Positions 27,514 through 36,356 of a stretch of DNA of 64,000 nt are shown here, piece after piece. Both the position numbers and the translations under genes were made by a program. The notes below the pieces were generated by a model that saw nothing but the letters and a program-made list of their open reading frames with translations, was not told the DNA's origin and ran no database searches. The stretch is from assembly GCA_028286905.1 (NCBI GenBank), contig JAQBQP010000002.1:309458-373457 (forward strand). The letters run 5' to 3'. This DNA comes from Candidatus Doudnabacteria bacterium. GTDB lineage: Bacteria; Patescibacteriota; Doudnabacteria; UBA920; VMFF01. Each line of letters opens with the position of its first letter. The first letter of the stretch is position 1.

Positions 27514-28500
27514 CTACCTGTTCGCTGCGACTCGGCTTACAATGCTCAGCACTCCGGGCGGCGCCTTCACTGATTGTCCGTCGATTGCCTCGTGCAGCTG
27601 CTGCATTTGGCTCTGAGCTTTCGCGATACTACGCAACATCCGCTGCTTGTCCTTGTCGTCCCTGTGTTCAAACATCTTCTTGAACTGGGACATTGGCATG
27701 TCCATCACGATCTTGGTATCGAGCGTCAGCCGATTCAGGAAGCTCTCTACTCGGCGATAGTCATCGCTGGGACGCATCCTACGACCGTCGACCTTCGCGC
27801 CGCCTCGCAGGCTCTGTAGTTGCTGCCCGATGTAGAACCGCGCTTCCTTCAAGTTCATGTCGCTGCCGATGATGTATCGAGCCATCTGCAACTGCCGGTC
27901 GAATGGAAACGGAACCAGCATCACTGCTGTATTGACTCCCAGCTGCTGGTCTTTCGGCAATTCCGGGTTTAGCAGTGCCTGAACTCGAGAGTCTAGCTTC
28001 AGCAAGCTGAGGTGCTTGCTGACCCAAGCGCTATCTCTAGCACATAGCGAGGCGAGCTCGCCTTGGGTACAGTTACCACGGTCTTGCTGCATCTTTTGCA
28101 GACCGAGCGCGACTTCCATGACAGTCATGTCTACTCTGCCGACATTTTCGAGGAACGCATGTTCGTGCTGCTTCTCTGGACTGCGACGCTCCGAGATAAT
28201 CGCCCGCAACTTGTAGTTGGGGTCGACTGCCCCGCTTGCGCGCCAGCGGCGTTCTCCGATGTTCAACCGGAAGCGCATACCCGGGTTTTTCGCGATCTCC
28301 TCTTCGGTCAGCACACAGACCTCTATCGGAGTATGCTGGCCCGTTGTTTTGATGCTGTCTTCCAATTCTTTCAACTCTATTGGATCGAAATACTTCCGAG
28401 GCTGAGTCGGATCTCGCAGAATCTCACTGCGGTCGATCTCCAGCACCATCCCAACGACTACATTTGAGTCTGAGTCCAATGTCCGCGACTTTCTCGGCAT
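27514..28500 (-). CDS. solo ParB/Spo0J-family protein
   Basis: QPRKYFD, L.DSI...GQ..PI, GERRWRA (CTPase box), EN..R, HTH; GGAGG SD; GC-rich; no adjacent parA. Confidence 0.9.
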   Translation of the reverse strand: MPRKSRTLDSDSNVVVGMVLEIDRSEILRDPTQPRKYFDPIELKELEDSIKTTGQHTPIEVCVLTEEEIAKNPGMRFRLNIGERRWRASGAVDPNYKLRAIISERRSPEKQHEHAFLENVGRVDMTVMEVALGLQKMQQDRGNCTQGELASLCARDSAWVSKHLSLLKLDSRVQALLNPELPKDQQLGVNTAVMLVPFPFDRQLQMARYIIGSDMNLKEARFYIGQQLQSLRGGAKVDGRRMRPSDDYRRVESFLNRLTLDTKIVMDMPMSQFKKMFEHRDDKDKQRMLRSIAKAQSQMQQLHEAIDGQSVKAPPGVLSIVSRVAANR

Positions 28501-28572
28501 GCTATCCTCCTGGGACGGTAGCGTTATAAAACTAAGTAAATTATGCGCCTTATTTTAGGTAAAACAAATCTG

Positions 28573-28893
28573 CTACTGCTCAAGCCGATCTGAGACAAGT
28601 CGTGCGATCGCATTCGCTATTTTGTTCAAATGAGTTACTATTAAAAAATTTGGAATGTGTAATGTTGAAGACCCTGCTTGATCAGAATAATGCTCTCTTT
28701 TAAAATCTACTAAGATTTGCGTCGGGTTTAAATAATGCTGCAGCCCATCGACTTCTATGTTGAGTTTGATCTCTGGTATATAGATATCGACATGTTTATA
28801 ACCGTCCCAATGTTCAGTGAGTAAATTTATATTTCTTTTCCTTAGCGCAATAGCGAGACGTAAGGCTTGTTTAGTTCGGAAAATTTTTGGCAT
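28573..28893 (-). CDS. DUF559/Vsr-like endonuclease domain protein
   Basis: VDI...KLNIEVDG.QH, D..R. Confidence 0.75.
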   Translation of the reverse strand: MPKIFRTKQALRLAIALRKRNINLLTEHWDGYKHVDIYIPEIKLNIEVDGLQHYLNPTQILVDFKREHYSDQAGSSTLHIPNFLIVTHLNKIANAIARLVSDRLEQ

Positions 28894-28923
28894 TGTTTAG
28901 CATTATTTAATGTTTCTTTCTAA

Positions 28924-29352
28924 TTATTCATTTAAAGCTTCAAGCATATCCTTTGCCATCTCCTGATCAGCATTTATAAGGTCCCCTAGCATCTCCTGTC
29001 TTTGTTCAAGCGTTAGCTCTGCCTGGTCATATTTTATCAAAAGATCTTGCACTGCTGGATCAACTGCCGCAGACAGCAAATTTAATCGATTAAGTTCTTC
29101 AGTCGCGGCTTGAACATAACCGATATCAGTCTTATAAACTTCGGTAACCTTAGCTATTCTTTGGCCATCCGCAAAGATGTATTTTACCGTAGGAAGTGAT
29201 TCCGCTTGGATTGCTTCTTTGAATAAAGTTAAGTCATTTTCTGAAAAGGTATTAAAAAAAGCAGTTCTAAAAAGTCCGGTTTCTGGAACAAAGGTTAAAA
29301 TGGCTCCGATTTTTAAATTATCTTGAAAAATAACAATGACTTTATTTTGCAC
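28924..29352 (-). CDS. hypothetical protein coupled to the zincin-like gene
   Basis: overlaps the stop of 29342-30340; acidic. Confidence 0.6.
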   Translation of the reverse strand: MQNKVIVIFQDNLKIGAILTFVPETGLFRTAFFNTFSENDLTLFKEAIQAESLPTVKYIFADGQRIAKVTEVYKTDIGYVQAATEELNRLNLLSAAVDPAVQDLLIKYDQAELTLEQRQEMLGDLINADQEMAKDMLEALNE

Positions 29353-30340
29353 TGTGCACCTTTCGCTTAGATTTTTGTTTAGGCTGCACTATTTCGGAAC
29401 GGCGGCGGTTAGCTTTAGCCCAATCAAAATTCGGGTCATGCTTTTTTATGTAAGCTCGAAAAAGATCTCGATCCGCTTTTGGAATTGTGTAAATTTCATT
29501 AGTTAAAACCTTAGAGCCTACTTCTGCAAAGTATTCAGTTGCTTTATACTGTAGTTCTTTTTGCTTATCCGGATTGTTTATGCTTTCAACATAATCTGAC
29601 TTGTATCTGTCAGGTGATTTAACTCGTTGAATAATATCTTGTAAAAGTCGTAGTCTTTCTTCGGTGGGAACGGACCTTGCCCCATACCAATCCGAATTAT
29701 GCCAAATTTCGTGTAGAAGAGTAGAATTAATAATTCTGGAAGCGCTAAATGATTTGGTTGCTGAAATTTTAATCTCTTTAGTGCTGTAGTCTGCTACTCC
29801 ATCCGCATTTTTTTCTTCCAAATTATATTCTGAACTCATAAGCAGGTTCTGCTCAAAGGAAATAGAGTAAGTATTTTCTTCTAAGAATTTAGGTATGGTC
29901 TGCTCCATGACCGCAGAAATTTGTTGATTATTAACTGCCAGGGATTCGAAGCCAGTAACATGGACTTTGCGGTCTTCGCCTTCAGCTTTTATTTTTCTAT
30001 TTCCGCTCCATTCACGTATAATGTGCATATTTTCCAAATAATCGATCAGAGCAGTCCCTACTTCCTGACGCAATGAATCAGCTAATGGCTGTATGTCTCT
30101 ATTTATGCCTTTTTCATAAGCTTGCGCTGTTGCCGATCTCAGCACTTCACCAATTATTGGAAATTTTTCTATTCCTTGTTTCGCGGACCAAGTTCCGCTA
30201 ATTTCAAACAATATGTAAAACATGAGCCTGCCATGGCGGCCTAGGTGCTTAGTCGCAAATTTATTTAGACGATTGTTTAAATTATTAGCCTTATCGGCTC
30301 TTGAAGGTTCGTAATTTTCAGGAGAATATCTTTCTGGCAT
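29342..30340 (-). CDS. putative zincin metallopeptidase
   Basis: LLHEIWH (HExxH) plus downstream EYFAE; TATACT 6 nt before ATG. Confidence 0.65.
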   Translation of the reverse strand: MPERYSPENYEPSRADKANNLNNRLNKFATKHLGRHGRLMFYILFEISGTWSAKQGIEKFPIIGEVLRSATAQAYEKGINRDIQPLADSLRQEVGTALIDYLENMHIIREWSGNRKIKAEGEDRKVHVTGFESLAVNNQQISAVMEQTIPKFLEENTYSISFEQNLLMSSEYNLEEKNADGVADYSTKEIKISATKSFSASRIINSTLLHEIWHNSDWYGARSVPTEERLRLLQDIIQRVKSPDRYKSDYVESINNPDKQKELQYKATEYFAEVGSKVLTNEIYTIPKADRDLFRAYIKKHDPNFDWAKANRRRSEIVQPKQKSKRKVHSAK

Positions 30341-30375
30341 GAATAAAGTATATCAGTTGGCATAAATTACTCCAA

Positions 30376-30404
30376 TTGCTAGGAAGCTTTAGTTTTGGTA
30401 TAAT
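30376..30404 (+). promoter_or_regulatory. sigma70 promoter
   Basis: TTGCTA-17-TATAAT with extended TG. Confidence 0.65.
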
Positions 30405-30467
30405 TGATAATCGGTTCTATTCGTAAGGATATTCCCTACGAATCCCTCAAACCTCAAGAGGTGGCAT

Positions 30468-31043
30468 ATGCCTGTTTCGTGGCAAGTTATGCTCGTTGCT
30501 GTTTTGGTCATTTGGCCCGCAACCAAGTTGTACGATCGTTGGCAGCGCACTCAAGAAGTAAAGGAAAGCGAGCCGATTCCGAGTCCGGATGTCGTGGCGG
30601 TCTTCCGGAAATCCGAGGCTTTGCAGGTGTATGCCTGCAAACATTCCGGCCCGGAAACCTTTTCCATCTGGATCTATGGCCAGGAGCAGCAGTATTCAAG
30701 TGCGCCGCAGGCAGACCCGCTCTCACTGGTAACCTATACCACAAAGTGCCCGGAGTGCCTGCTGCGATCTTCCGAACAGTACATTCGGCGCTGCGCTGTT
30801 TGCGGCGGCCCGATCCTCGCTGGGGACAACGTTTCACTTCATGAGACCGCCGAGGAAGGTCTGCGTCTGGACATCGCCACCGAAGTGGCGCCGATGCAAG
30901 TTCTGGGTTGTGCCAAGCAGGAGTGCTGGCAAGGCGCGAACCTGCACGTTGGAATCTGGGATGGAGAGAAGGTTGTTCCATCTTATGGCGGTGGGACATA
31001 CAAAGAAACGCTCCTGGCGTTTCTCGCTACAGCCATTACATAG
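30468..31043 (+). CDS. GC-rich membrane-anchored Cys-rich hypothetical protein
   Basis: AAGAGGT SD, N-terminal TM, CKH/CPEC/CAVC/C..C. Confidence 0.7.
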   Translation: MPVSWQVMLVAVLVIWPATKLYDRWQRTQEVKESEPIPSPDVVAVFRKSEALQVYACKHSGPETFSIWIYGQEQQYSSAPQADPLSLVTYTTKCPECLLRSSEQYIRRCAVCGGPILAGDNVSLHETAEEGLRLDIATEVAPMQVLGCAKQECWQGANLHVGIWDGEKVVPSYGGGTYKETLLAFLATAIT

Positions 31044-31147
31044 GAGGAGTTTGCCGAGCATATAAAACATTGGTCGAAGTTGATCCAAACAAATGAGAGC
31101 CTGACCAGCTCTCTTTTCTTTTATTTCTTTATTATTTTTTTCAAACT

Positions 31148-31182
31148 AAAAGGAGCTGAATGCAATTGCAAGCAGCTCCTCG
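31148..31182 (-). terminator. intrinsic terminator
   Basis: AAAAGGAGCTG...CAGCTCCT hairpin. Confidence 0.65.
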
Positions 31183-31208
31183 TAGGTTGTAGTTCACACA
31201 CTTCTTGG

Positions 31209-31445
31209 CTAGTCCTCCCAGCTAATTCCGCTGGAGAGGCAGAGGCGGTGGGTTTCCACTTGCTCTGCCGTCATCTCCAAACGAAGCGGGAGCAAAGGTC
31301 GTGGCTGAACCTTAGGGGCGTAGAGCGAGCAGGATGTGTTACTGCACGGCTCGGAAATCAGCCGGGTCTGACCACATCTACTGCACAAGGCGCTCCTGAT
31401 GATGTGGTCATCGAAGGCCGCGATGCCCGTCAGGACCGCTTTCAT
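31209..31445 (-). CDS. small Cys-rich (Zn-ribbon-like) protein
   Basis: ATGA overlap with 31442-31633; CSRC...C...C. Confidence 0.55.
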   Translation of the reverse strand: MKAVLTGIAAFDDHIIRSALCSRCGQTRLISEPCSNTSCSLYAPKVQPRPLLPLRLEMTAEQVETHRLCLSSGISWED

Positions 31446-31633
31446 TCGAACGGCAGCGGTGAGGCGCAGTGAGCACACTTCGCGCCATCGGGGGTCTGTT
31501 GACGACAGTTGCCGCACTGGATCTCCGGCCGCTGCGAAGCCGTCCGACTCACCGGCTCGGACGCTGGCCGTCCATTCGGAATCCGACTCGTCGAACGCAC
31601 GATCCTGGGTCCTTCATGCGAGGTTTCGGTCAT
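31442..31633 (-). CDS. small Zn-ribbon protein
   Basis: GAGAGGG SD; CGNC...CAHC; promoter TTGAAC-17-CACAAT (31735-31707). Confidence 0.6.
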   Translation of the reverse strand: MTETSHEGPRIVRSTSRIPNGRPASEPVSRTASQRPEIQCGNCRQQTPDGAKCAHCASPLPFE

Positions 31634-31741
31634 AGTGCCCTCTCTGGCCTGGTTGTTGTGAACTATTGATATCCCCCTGTGACTTGCACTTTCGTTTACT
31701 TTCTTGATTGTGCAATAAATCACGGAATAGTTCAAGCCCCT

Positions 31742-33409
31742 TTACTCCCCTGGCTCTAATGTAGTTTGATCGTTTAACACCTGAGAAATTTTAGCTTTGC
31801 CGAAGTATACAGCGTTGCTAAAATCATTCAAGGTAATTTTCATAGTATTAAGAGCATTAATCCTTAAAGAAGCAAGGTCTTTACCAGAGACAACCGCATC
31901 TTTTGCAATAAAGTTCTGGCCATCAAAGTTAGAAGAATCTGCAGCTGAAAGAGCCAATGAGTCGGCGCTTCCATTTATGATGACATCGCCGCTATCTTTA
32001 ACACTAATATCTGCTTCTTTTGTTGTAACACCAAGATTTGCGGAAGCAACAGTGCCAACATTCAAAATAAGTTTATCGGTTTTTAAGTTTTCAGCATTGA
32101 ATTTTGTCCAGCCGTTCACATCTATTTCATCAATCTTAGGCATGGCTATTTCAACGTTTATAGTATTCCTACCGCCGCAAAAGAAACAGAATCTATGGTC
32201 TGATTTCTGAACGAACACTAAAGCATTATTTTTAACTTCAAAGGTTACTCGATCTAAATCAATTTGTCGGCCGGTTTCAGAAATATTGAATTTATCGCTT
32301 TGAACTAAATGGACGTGGTCGACCCCATGTAAATCTAATTTTGTAAAACCTTTAAGATCTATTGTTTTGGTTTGCTGCTGATATTCTGGACGGCTTTGAA
32401 TCTTATCAATATATGTCGGGCCAAAGCGAACCCACATAAATCCTGCGGCCATTAAGCCAATAAACCAAAGCCCTAATAAGCTAAACCCGCTCTTATAATT
32501 CAAAGCGTTTTTTCTAAACAATAATGTGACCGCAAGAAGCAGTACAAAAATTACAGGAATTAAAGCGATTAAATAAATTACAAATACTGAGAAGTAATAA
32601 TCTGGACCGCCGCTAATTTGGGCTAAAGGAAATTGAACATACGGTGAATGAGCATTAAACAGTAAATTTATTGCAGCAAACGTTATAGCGGCTAACATAC
32701 CCATTGCACCCAAACCGATAAATAATCCAATTAGCTTAGAAGCTATCTTCAGCGCTACTTTAAATAACACTCCAATTGCGGCCACTAGTTTTTCTAAGCC
32801 AGATCCGCCGTGGGTTTTAACGCGTTCTTTGAATTCATTCGCTTGAGTTTTTACAGATTTGATTTGATTATCAAGGTTGCTTAAGTTAATTGCTTCGCCG
32901 CGCATTTCCATTTTTTCAGTTGGAGTTTTCGCTTCAGGCAGGACTAGCCATAAAATTAAGTACAATAAAATTCCGCTACCGCCAAACAGTACAATAACTA
33001 TAAAAACTAACCTGACGATTAACGGATCAATGCCAGCATAGGCTGCCAATCCAGACGCAACTCCGGCAACGATTTTATTATCCGCATCACGCATAACTCT
33101 GCGGCCGCCAAATCTAGTTTGCTTGGTGGTGTGATCGGTGGATGAATCCGCGCCTTCTTGAAAATCTGCAGTAGTTCCCATTGAGGCAATTAAATTTTCA
33201 ACATCGTTTTCGCTGATAATCTTGCTTTTGCTATCATCAGAAAAATGCTCAGCAATTCTGCTTTCCATGTCTTTGATAATTTCTTCGTGGTCTGGATAAG
33301 AGCTAAAGTGTTTTTTGATGCTTTCGAGATATTGTTCAAGCTTGGCGTAAGCGTCCTCTTCAATATTGAATATTGTTCCGCCGATGTTAATGTTAATTGT
33401 TTTTTTCAT
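31742..33409 (-). CDS. PspC-domain protein with C-terminal DUF2807/GIN domain
   Basis: MKKTININIGG..F.IEEDAY; GVASGLAAY.GID...R..LYLILW..P; beta-helix-like tail. Confidence 0.88.
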   Translation of the reverse strand: MKKTININIGGTIFNIEEDAYAKLEQYLESIKKHFSSYPDHEEIIKDMESRIAEHFSDDSKSKIISENDVENLIASMGTTADFQEGADSSTDHTTKQTRFGGRRVMRDADNKIVAGVASGLAAYAGIDPLIVRLVFIVIVLFGGSGILLYLILWLVLPEAKTPTEKMEMRGEAINLSNLDNQIKSVKTQANEFKERVKTHGGSGLEKLVAAIGVLFKVALKIASKLIGLFIGLGAMGMLAAITFAAINLLFNAHSPYVQFPLAQISGGPDYYFSVFVIYLIALIPVIFVLLLAVTLLFRKNALNYKSGFSLLGLWFIGLMAAGFMWVRFGPTYIDKIQSRPEYQQQTKTIDLKGFTKLDLHGVDHVHLVQSDKFNISETGRQIDLDRVTFEVKNNALVFVQKSDHRFCFFCGGRNTINVEIAMPKIDEIDVNGWTKFNAENLKTDKLILNVGTVASANLGVTTKEADISVKDSGDVIINGSADSLALSAADSSNFDGQNFIAKDAVVSGKDLASLRINALNTMKITLNDFSNAVYFGKAKISQVLNDQTTLEPGE

Positions 33410-33743
33410 GGTTTTTGATTAAGGATTTTACTGATTCTGTTAATACTTGCCAGTTTTCGTTTAGTTGTTTGAGGTTCTCTCGCCCTTTTTCCGTTAAAGA
33501 GTAATACTTTCGCGGTGGTCCAGATGGCGATTCAACCCAGTTGTAGCTTAGAAGCTCGCTGCTCTTTAGCCGGCTTAGTAATGGGTACAAAGTCCCCTCT
33601 ACTACCAACAAGTTAGCTTGCTTCAGTTCTTTTAAAATATCTGACGCGTATACTTCATCTTTTGAAATTATCAATAAGATGCAGTATTCTAGCGTCCCTT
33701 TGCGCATTTGCGCCTTGGCGTTTTCTAATTGATTATCATTCAT
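33393..33743 (-). CDS. PadR-family transcriptional regulator
   Basis: QMRKGTLE, GTLYPLL.RL, GPPRKYY.LT; ATG 33743 is 6 nt after TATACT. Confidence 0.93.
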   Translation of the reverse strand: MNDNQLENAKAQMRKGTLEYCILLIISKDEVYASDILKELKQANLLVVEGTLYPLLSRLKSSELLSYNWVESPSGPPRKYYSLTEKGRENLKQLNENWQVLTESVKSLIKNHEKNN

Positions 33744-33758
33744 AGAATTAGTATAAAC

Positions 33759-33789
33759 AAATAGTACCTTTCTTTGCAAGGTACTATTT
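33759..33789. promoter_or_regulatory. palindromic operator over the padR promoter
   Basis: AAATAGTACCTT-7-AAGGTACTATTT overlapping the -35 TTGCAA. Confidence 0.7.
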
Positions 33790-33881
33790 TGTGGATAACC
33801 AATAGAAATAGATAATCCTCTAATGTTTGCGTAATATTTTAGGAAGATCTATCCTATAGGTGGTCTATTAAACTAAAAATT

Positions 33882-34229
33882 ATGAACCCTTTCTATAAGT
33901 GGTTAACTAACTTTATAGTTATAATAATCGCTGTGGTGCTCATACCGGGCATTCAAATAACTCAATATATATTCCCCGTTTTAGCAATCGCTATTCTTGC
34001 CAAAATAATTACCGGTTTACATCCAGATTTAATTGATAGTGATGCGGAGTTTCTAGAAATAGGTTTTTTCTTTATAAGCTTTCTGATAAATATGGTGCTG
34101 TTCATGGTTCTGACTACGGCGGTTCCAGGAATAAGATCGAACGGATTCGTGCCAAATTTGATTCTCGGTTTCATTACTGCACTTTCTACTACAATTTTAC
34201 ATACAAGATTCAAAAAAATCCCGAATTAG
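33882..34229 (+). CDS. phage holin family IV / YvlD-like membrane protein
   Basis: four TMs, .PGI repeats, IN..L..L. Confidence 0.65.
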   Translation: MNPFYKWLTNFIVIIIAVVLIPGIQITQYIFPVLAIAILAKIITGLHPDLIDSDAEFLEIGFFFISFLINMVLFMVLTTAVPGIRSNGFVPNLILGFITALSTTILHTRFKKIPN

Positions 34230-34237
34230 ATCGGGAT

Positions 34238-34927
34238 TTAGTTTTCAATAAGCTCTTTGACATGGTCGACTACTTTTAGGAACGATTTACTTTCTAACTC
34301 GCGTGGTCGTTCTAAGTGAAAGTTTACTTCTCGACGGATTTTTCCAGCTTGCATAATTACAATCCGATCTGCTAATTCCACAGCTTCTTCCACTAAATGC
34401 GAAACCATTACAATTGTAAGATTGTTCTGTTTCCATAATCGCAGCAGATCTTGGCGCAGCTCAATTGAAGTTTTTATATCGAGGGCGGAAAATGGTTCAT
34501 CCAATAGTAAAATTTTTCGGTTTACTACTAAGGCCCTAGCAATACCGACCCGTTGTCTTTGTCCGCCGGACAAGTCTCGCGGATATTTATGCTGGTGCTC
34601 TGAAAGCGAAACTTCTTTAATAGTTTTATCAATCAAACCCGTATCATAGTCTTTGCCAGCGGTTTTTAAAGGAAATTCAATGTTCTCTCGCACTGTCAGC
34701 CATGGCAATAGCGCGGCGCTTTGAAAAACCATCGAAACGTGATGTTCTTTTAATACTGTTCCGCGAGACTGTTTTAGCAAGCCGGCAATTACTTTGAGCA
34801 AAGTAGTTTTGCCGCTACCCGACTCACCTACCAAGCAAACAAATTCGTTTTCGGCAACACTAAAATTAATATCATGCAATATTGTTTTGCCGCGGTAGTG
34901 CAAAAATAAGTTTTCAACTTTTATCAT
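34238..34927 (-). CDS. ABC transporter ATPase (SsuB/TauB-like)
   Basis: GESGSGKTT, LLPWLTV, LSGGQRQR, LLDEPFSALD. Confidence 0.92.
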   Translation of the reverse strand: MIKVENLFLHYRGKTILHDINFSVAENEFVCLVGESGSGKTTLLKVIAGLLKQSRGTVLKEHHVSMVFQSAALLPWLTVRENIEFPLKTAGKDYDTGLIDKTIKEVSLSEHQHKYPRDLSGGQRQRVGIARALVVNRKILLLDEPFSALDIKTSIELRQDLLRLWKQNNLTIVMVSHLVEEAVELADRIVIMQAGKIRREVNFHLERPRELESKSFLKVVDHVKELIEN

Positions 34928-34928
34928 A

Positions 34929-35759
34929 CTATTCAAATTTATATTTCTGGCTATGCTCGGTTAAAGGATGCCAGACTAAGCGATCCAAGGTAAAGATTAT
35001 AATTACTAACATTAGCAGCGAAGCGATAAATACTCCGGTGTCTCGCCCTGCGGAGGATGATAGTAAGTTCCCTAACCCGGGTAATCGAATTGAAATATTG
35101 CCGTAATTTATATATTCGGAAATAATAATAACATTCCAAGAAGCTCCAAAAGAAAGAATTGAGCCAGTCACAAGCGCTGGAAAGATTGCAGGTAAAATTA
35201 CTTTAAAAAATAATTTTGGACCTTTAGCATTATAAATTTTTGCTGCATCCAAAATATCTTGAGGAATTTGATGAAAGCCGCCGATTGCTCCAAAGAAAAC
35301 CGACCAGAAACAAGCAACAATCAAAACTATTTGTGCGGCTAGTTCCGGCATATGCAGATTTGCGAAGGTTACTATAATTAAAGGGAAGAATGCTAAGACC
35401 GGTACGCTCTGCAAAATATCAAAAACCGGCATTATAAAATTTTCTATTCTTCTGAATTTGATAATCAAAAACAAAAAAATCATGGTCATAAACAACCCAA
35501 TTGTATAAGCAATAGTGACACGGGTCAGTGTAAATAAGCCATATAACAATATTTGGACCACGCTGATACGCTGGTAGAAATCAATCAACGTTTGTGGATA
35601 GACTGACTGAAAGTTTGTAGCTAGTAAAGTACTTATTGCAATAATAATCATTATTGCTAACAAATAATAAAGCACCTTCTTATGCAAAGGTTTTTTATTT
35701 AGATGATGTTGTTCATGCCTGAAGTGATGCTGCATTTTTTGTGTTTGTTTTGACTCCAA
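34929..35759 (-). CDS. ABC transporter permease (SsuC/NitT-like)
   Basis: DILQSVPVLAFFP, EAA-like loop; start may be ATG 35735. Confidence 0.88.
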   Translation of the reverse strand: MESKQTQKMQHHFRHEQHHLNKKPLHKKVLYYLLAIMIIIAISTLLATNFQSVYPQTLIDFYQRISVVQILLYGLFTLTRVTIAYTIGLFMTMIFLFLIIKFRRIENFIMPVFDILQSVPVLAFFPLIIVTFANLHMPELAAQIVLIVACFWSVFFGAIGGFHQIPQDILDAAKIYNAKGPKLFFKVILPAIFPALVTGSILSFGASWNVIIISEYINYGNISIRLPGLGNLLSSSAGRDTGVFIASLLMLVIIIFTLDRLVWHPLTEHSQKYKFE

Positions 35760-35777
35760 AAATTGTAAGGTCTTGCC

Positions 35778-35795
35778 GGAGCGAAGCGAACGGCC
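35778..35795 (+). repeat. 18-bp intergenic repeat, copy 2
   Basis: identical to 11036-11053. Confidence 0.7.
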
Positions 35796-35801
35796 GAAAG
35801 C

Positions 35802-36074
35802 TTATGGGTACATCTGTGTTCCGGCTTCGTCGTACAAATAAATTGCCAATGTTGGGCAACTTTGTGCCGCCAGCATTAAAGTATCGTCATCAACTGCGCT
35901 TACCTCTAATAAATCAACGTCTGTTTTTTCAGAAGTTTTAAGGTCGCCTTTTTGTAAGATAACGGCTTTGTTCTCATCATCCATCTGGAATACTTCGGGG
36001 TATACCGCCACACAGGATGCCGCACCAATACATAATTCGCGATCGACCATTAAATATTTTATCTTGCTTGCCAT
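35802..36074 (-). CDS. ferredoxin, probably [3Fe-4S]
   Basis: CIGAASC...CPTLAI (CxxAxxC...CP). Confidence 0.85.
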   Translation of the reverse strand: MASKIKYLMVDRELCIGAASCVAVYPEVFQMDDENKAVILQKGDLKTSEKTDVDLLEVSAVDDDTLMLAAQSCPTLAIYLYDEAGTQMYP

Positions 36075-36075
36075 A

Positions 36076-36342
36076 CTATCCTTTTAAATCGACGTATTTA
36101 ATGCTCTTCAGCTGCGGCAATGCTTCCATCAAAAATTTATTTAAAACAACTCCGTAAGTCATTGGCGCGATTGGACAGCCGGCACAGTGGCCGCTTAACC
36201 CCAAAACCAATTGATCATCGGTAGCCTTTAATATATCTACTCCTCCGCCGTGCGCTTTTACGATTGGCAAAATCTTAGAGATTTGAACTCTCGCAGCTTC
36301 TGCAACAGATTCGTTTGTAATAATGATTGGTAGATCTAACAT
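36076..36342 (-). CDS. NifU/Nfu C-terminal domain protein
   Basis: HGGGV...L.G.CAGC; ATG 6 nt after TATAAT. Confidence 0.85.
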   Translation of the reverse strand: MLDLPIIITNESVAEAARVQISKILPIVKAHGGGVDILKATDDQLVLGLSGHCAGCPIAPMTYGVVLNKFLMEALPQLKSIKYVDLKG

Positions 36343-36356
36343 GCTTTTATTATACA

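Noticed and set aside
28524-28551. additional dif-like half site TTATGCGCC upstream of the ParB gene (similarly TTATGC at ~26929)
   Set aside because: lacks the GCTACA spacer and the shared 60-bp end; better explained as CATAAT -10 boxes on the minus strand
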